This document shows positions 4,624 to 5,038 of a stretch of DNA of 5,038 bases, in pieces; positions within the stretch are counted from its first letter, which is position 1, and every line of letters begins with the position of its first letter. The notes under the pieces are model-generated. The model had not been told where the DNA came from. It saw only the letters and a program-made list of their open reading frames with translations, and did no database searches. The stretch is from a virus, in IMG/VR virus record IMGVR_UViG_3300020030_000107, positions 1-5,038 of that record; one strand, given 5' to 3'. The position numbers and the translations under genes are program-made.

Positions 4624-5038
4624 TCATCGAAAAGCGCTGAATGGCATCCAACGCATCAACTCACTCATAGACGTACCGAACCTATGGGTATTACCTGTCT
4701 TAATATCTTGTACAGATTCTTCTTGCTCATTCGCAAGCTTGATACGAATCGATTCTTGTAAAATACGTTTTGAATCTTCATCAAGATTAGCGGCACGGGC
4801 GATATTTTCAGTAGTTTCAGAAGCGACCCGATCAAGTTCATAAGGGGTTAAATTCTCAATGCGCCAAGCCTCAGCATAATTTTTCGCCGCAATAGCAGAA
4901 GAAGCACCAGCAGAAGCACGATTAGCTTCAGAACGTGTACCGAGTTCTTCTACCTGAGCATCCGTAATACGAACACTATTTATAACATCCTGTAAAATCT
5001 TTTGGATGTTAGCTTCGGCAACCTTAACCTGCATCTTG
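4624..5038 (-). CDS. VP2: VP2 C-terminal part. 4917->4624 is the unique 3' portion; 5038->4918 duplicates 121->1.
   Basis: The track ORF 4624-5034 (MQVKVAEANIQ...) starts at an internal Met that is also present at 117-115. The frame is continuous with the 609-start ORF through the circular junction. The TGA stop is at 4626-4624. Confidence 0.8.
   Translation of the reverse strand, partial: KMQVKVAEANIQKILQDVINSVRITDAQVEELGTRSEANRASAGASSAIAAKNYAEAWRIENLTPYELDRVASETTENIARAANLDEDSKRILQESIRIKLANEQEESVQDIKTGNTHRFGTSMSELMRWMPFSAFR
4918..5038. repeat. Right copy of the 121-nt terminal direct repeat (identical to 1-121)
   Basis: Exact identity to 1-121, an offset of 4,917 nt. Confidence 0.95.

Noticed and set aside
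152-4843. All plus-strand ORFs in the track (152-469, 631-954, 973-1773, 2452-2943, 3250-3645, 3588-4019, 4248-4613, 4610-4843)
   Set aside because: Each is antisense to a minus-strand gene with clear family motifs. Their products are R/K/I/L-rich low-complexity strings with no recognisable motifs, and I found no SD sites for them. Microviridae transcribe one strand only.
4624-5034. 136-aa ORF treated as an independent gene
   Set aside because: It begins at an internal Met of VP2. The frame is continuous with the 609-start ORF through the circular junction.
1-5038. tRNA, rRNA, CRISPR arrays, integrase or att sites, toxin-antitoxin or defence genes
   Set aside because: I found no cloverleaf-like segments, spaced repeat arrays or recombinase-like ORFs. 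The genome is fully accounted for by phage genes and two structured intergenic regions.

Overview
This window is a complete, circularly permuted genome of a small ssDNA phage of the family Microviridae (Gokushovirinae-like), shown as the reverse complement of its coding strand. Positions 1-121 are identical to 4918-5038, so this is a 4,917-nt circle written with a 121-nt wrap-around. All credible genes are on the minus strand and are tightly packed, each with a Shine-Dalgarno site. In coding order they are: a Cys-rich 70-aa ORF (3103->2891), scaffold VP3 (2901->2455), a 165-nt intergenic region with a nested perfect hairpin, major capsid VP1 (2289->625), and pilot protein VP2 (609->1, joined across the junction to 4917->4624, 300 aa). 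Next come a 38-aa arginine/lysine-rich J/VP8-like DNA-binding protein missing from the ORF track (GTG start, 4609->4493), the HUH replication initiator VP4 (4493->3597), a VP5-like small protein (3594->3301) and a canonical intrinsic terminator (3269->3222). The remaining about 120 nt (3221->3104) is non-coding leader. The plus-strand ORFs and the +1-frame minus-strand ORFs look like compositional artefacts. The points most worth follow-up are the hairpin whose loop carries a phiX174-origin-like ACTTGAT, the uncharacterised Cys-rich ORF, the GTG-start VP8 overlapping an ATG-TGA start-stop, and a two-transmembrane ORF overprinted in Rep (a weak lysis-gene candidate). No family assignment could be checked against databases. 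They rest on motif recognition from memory.
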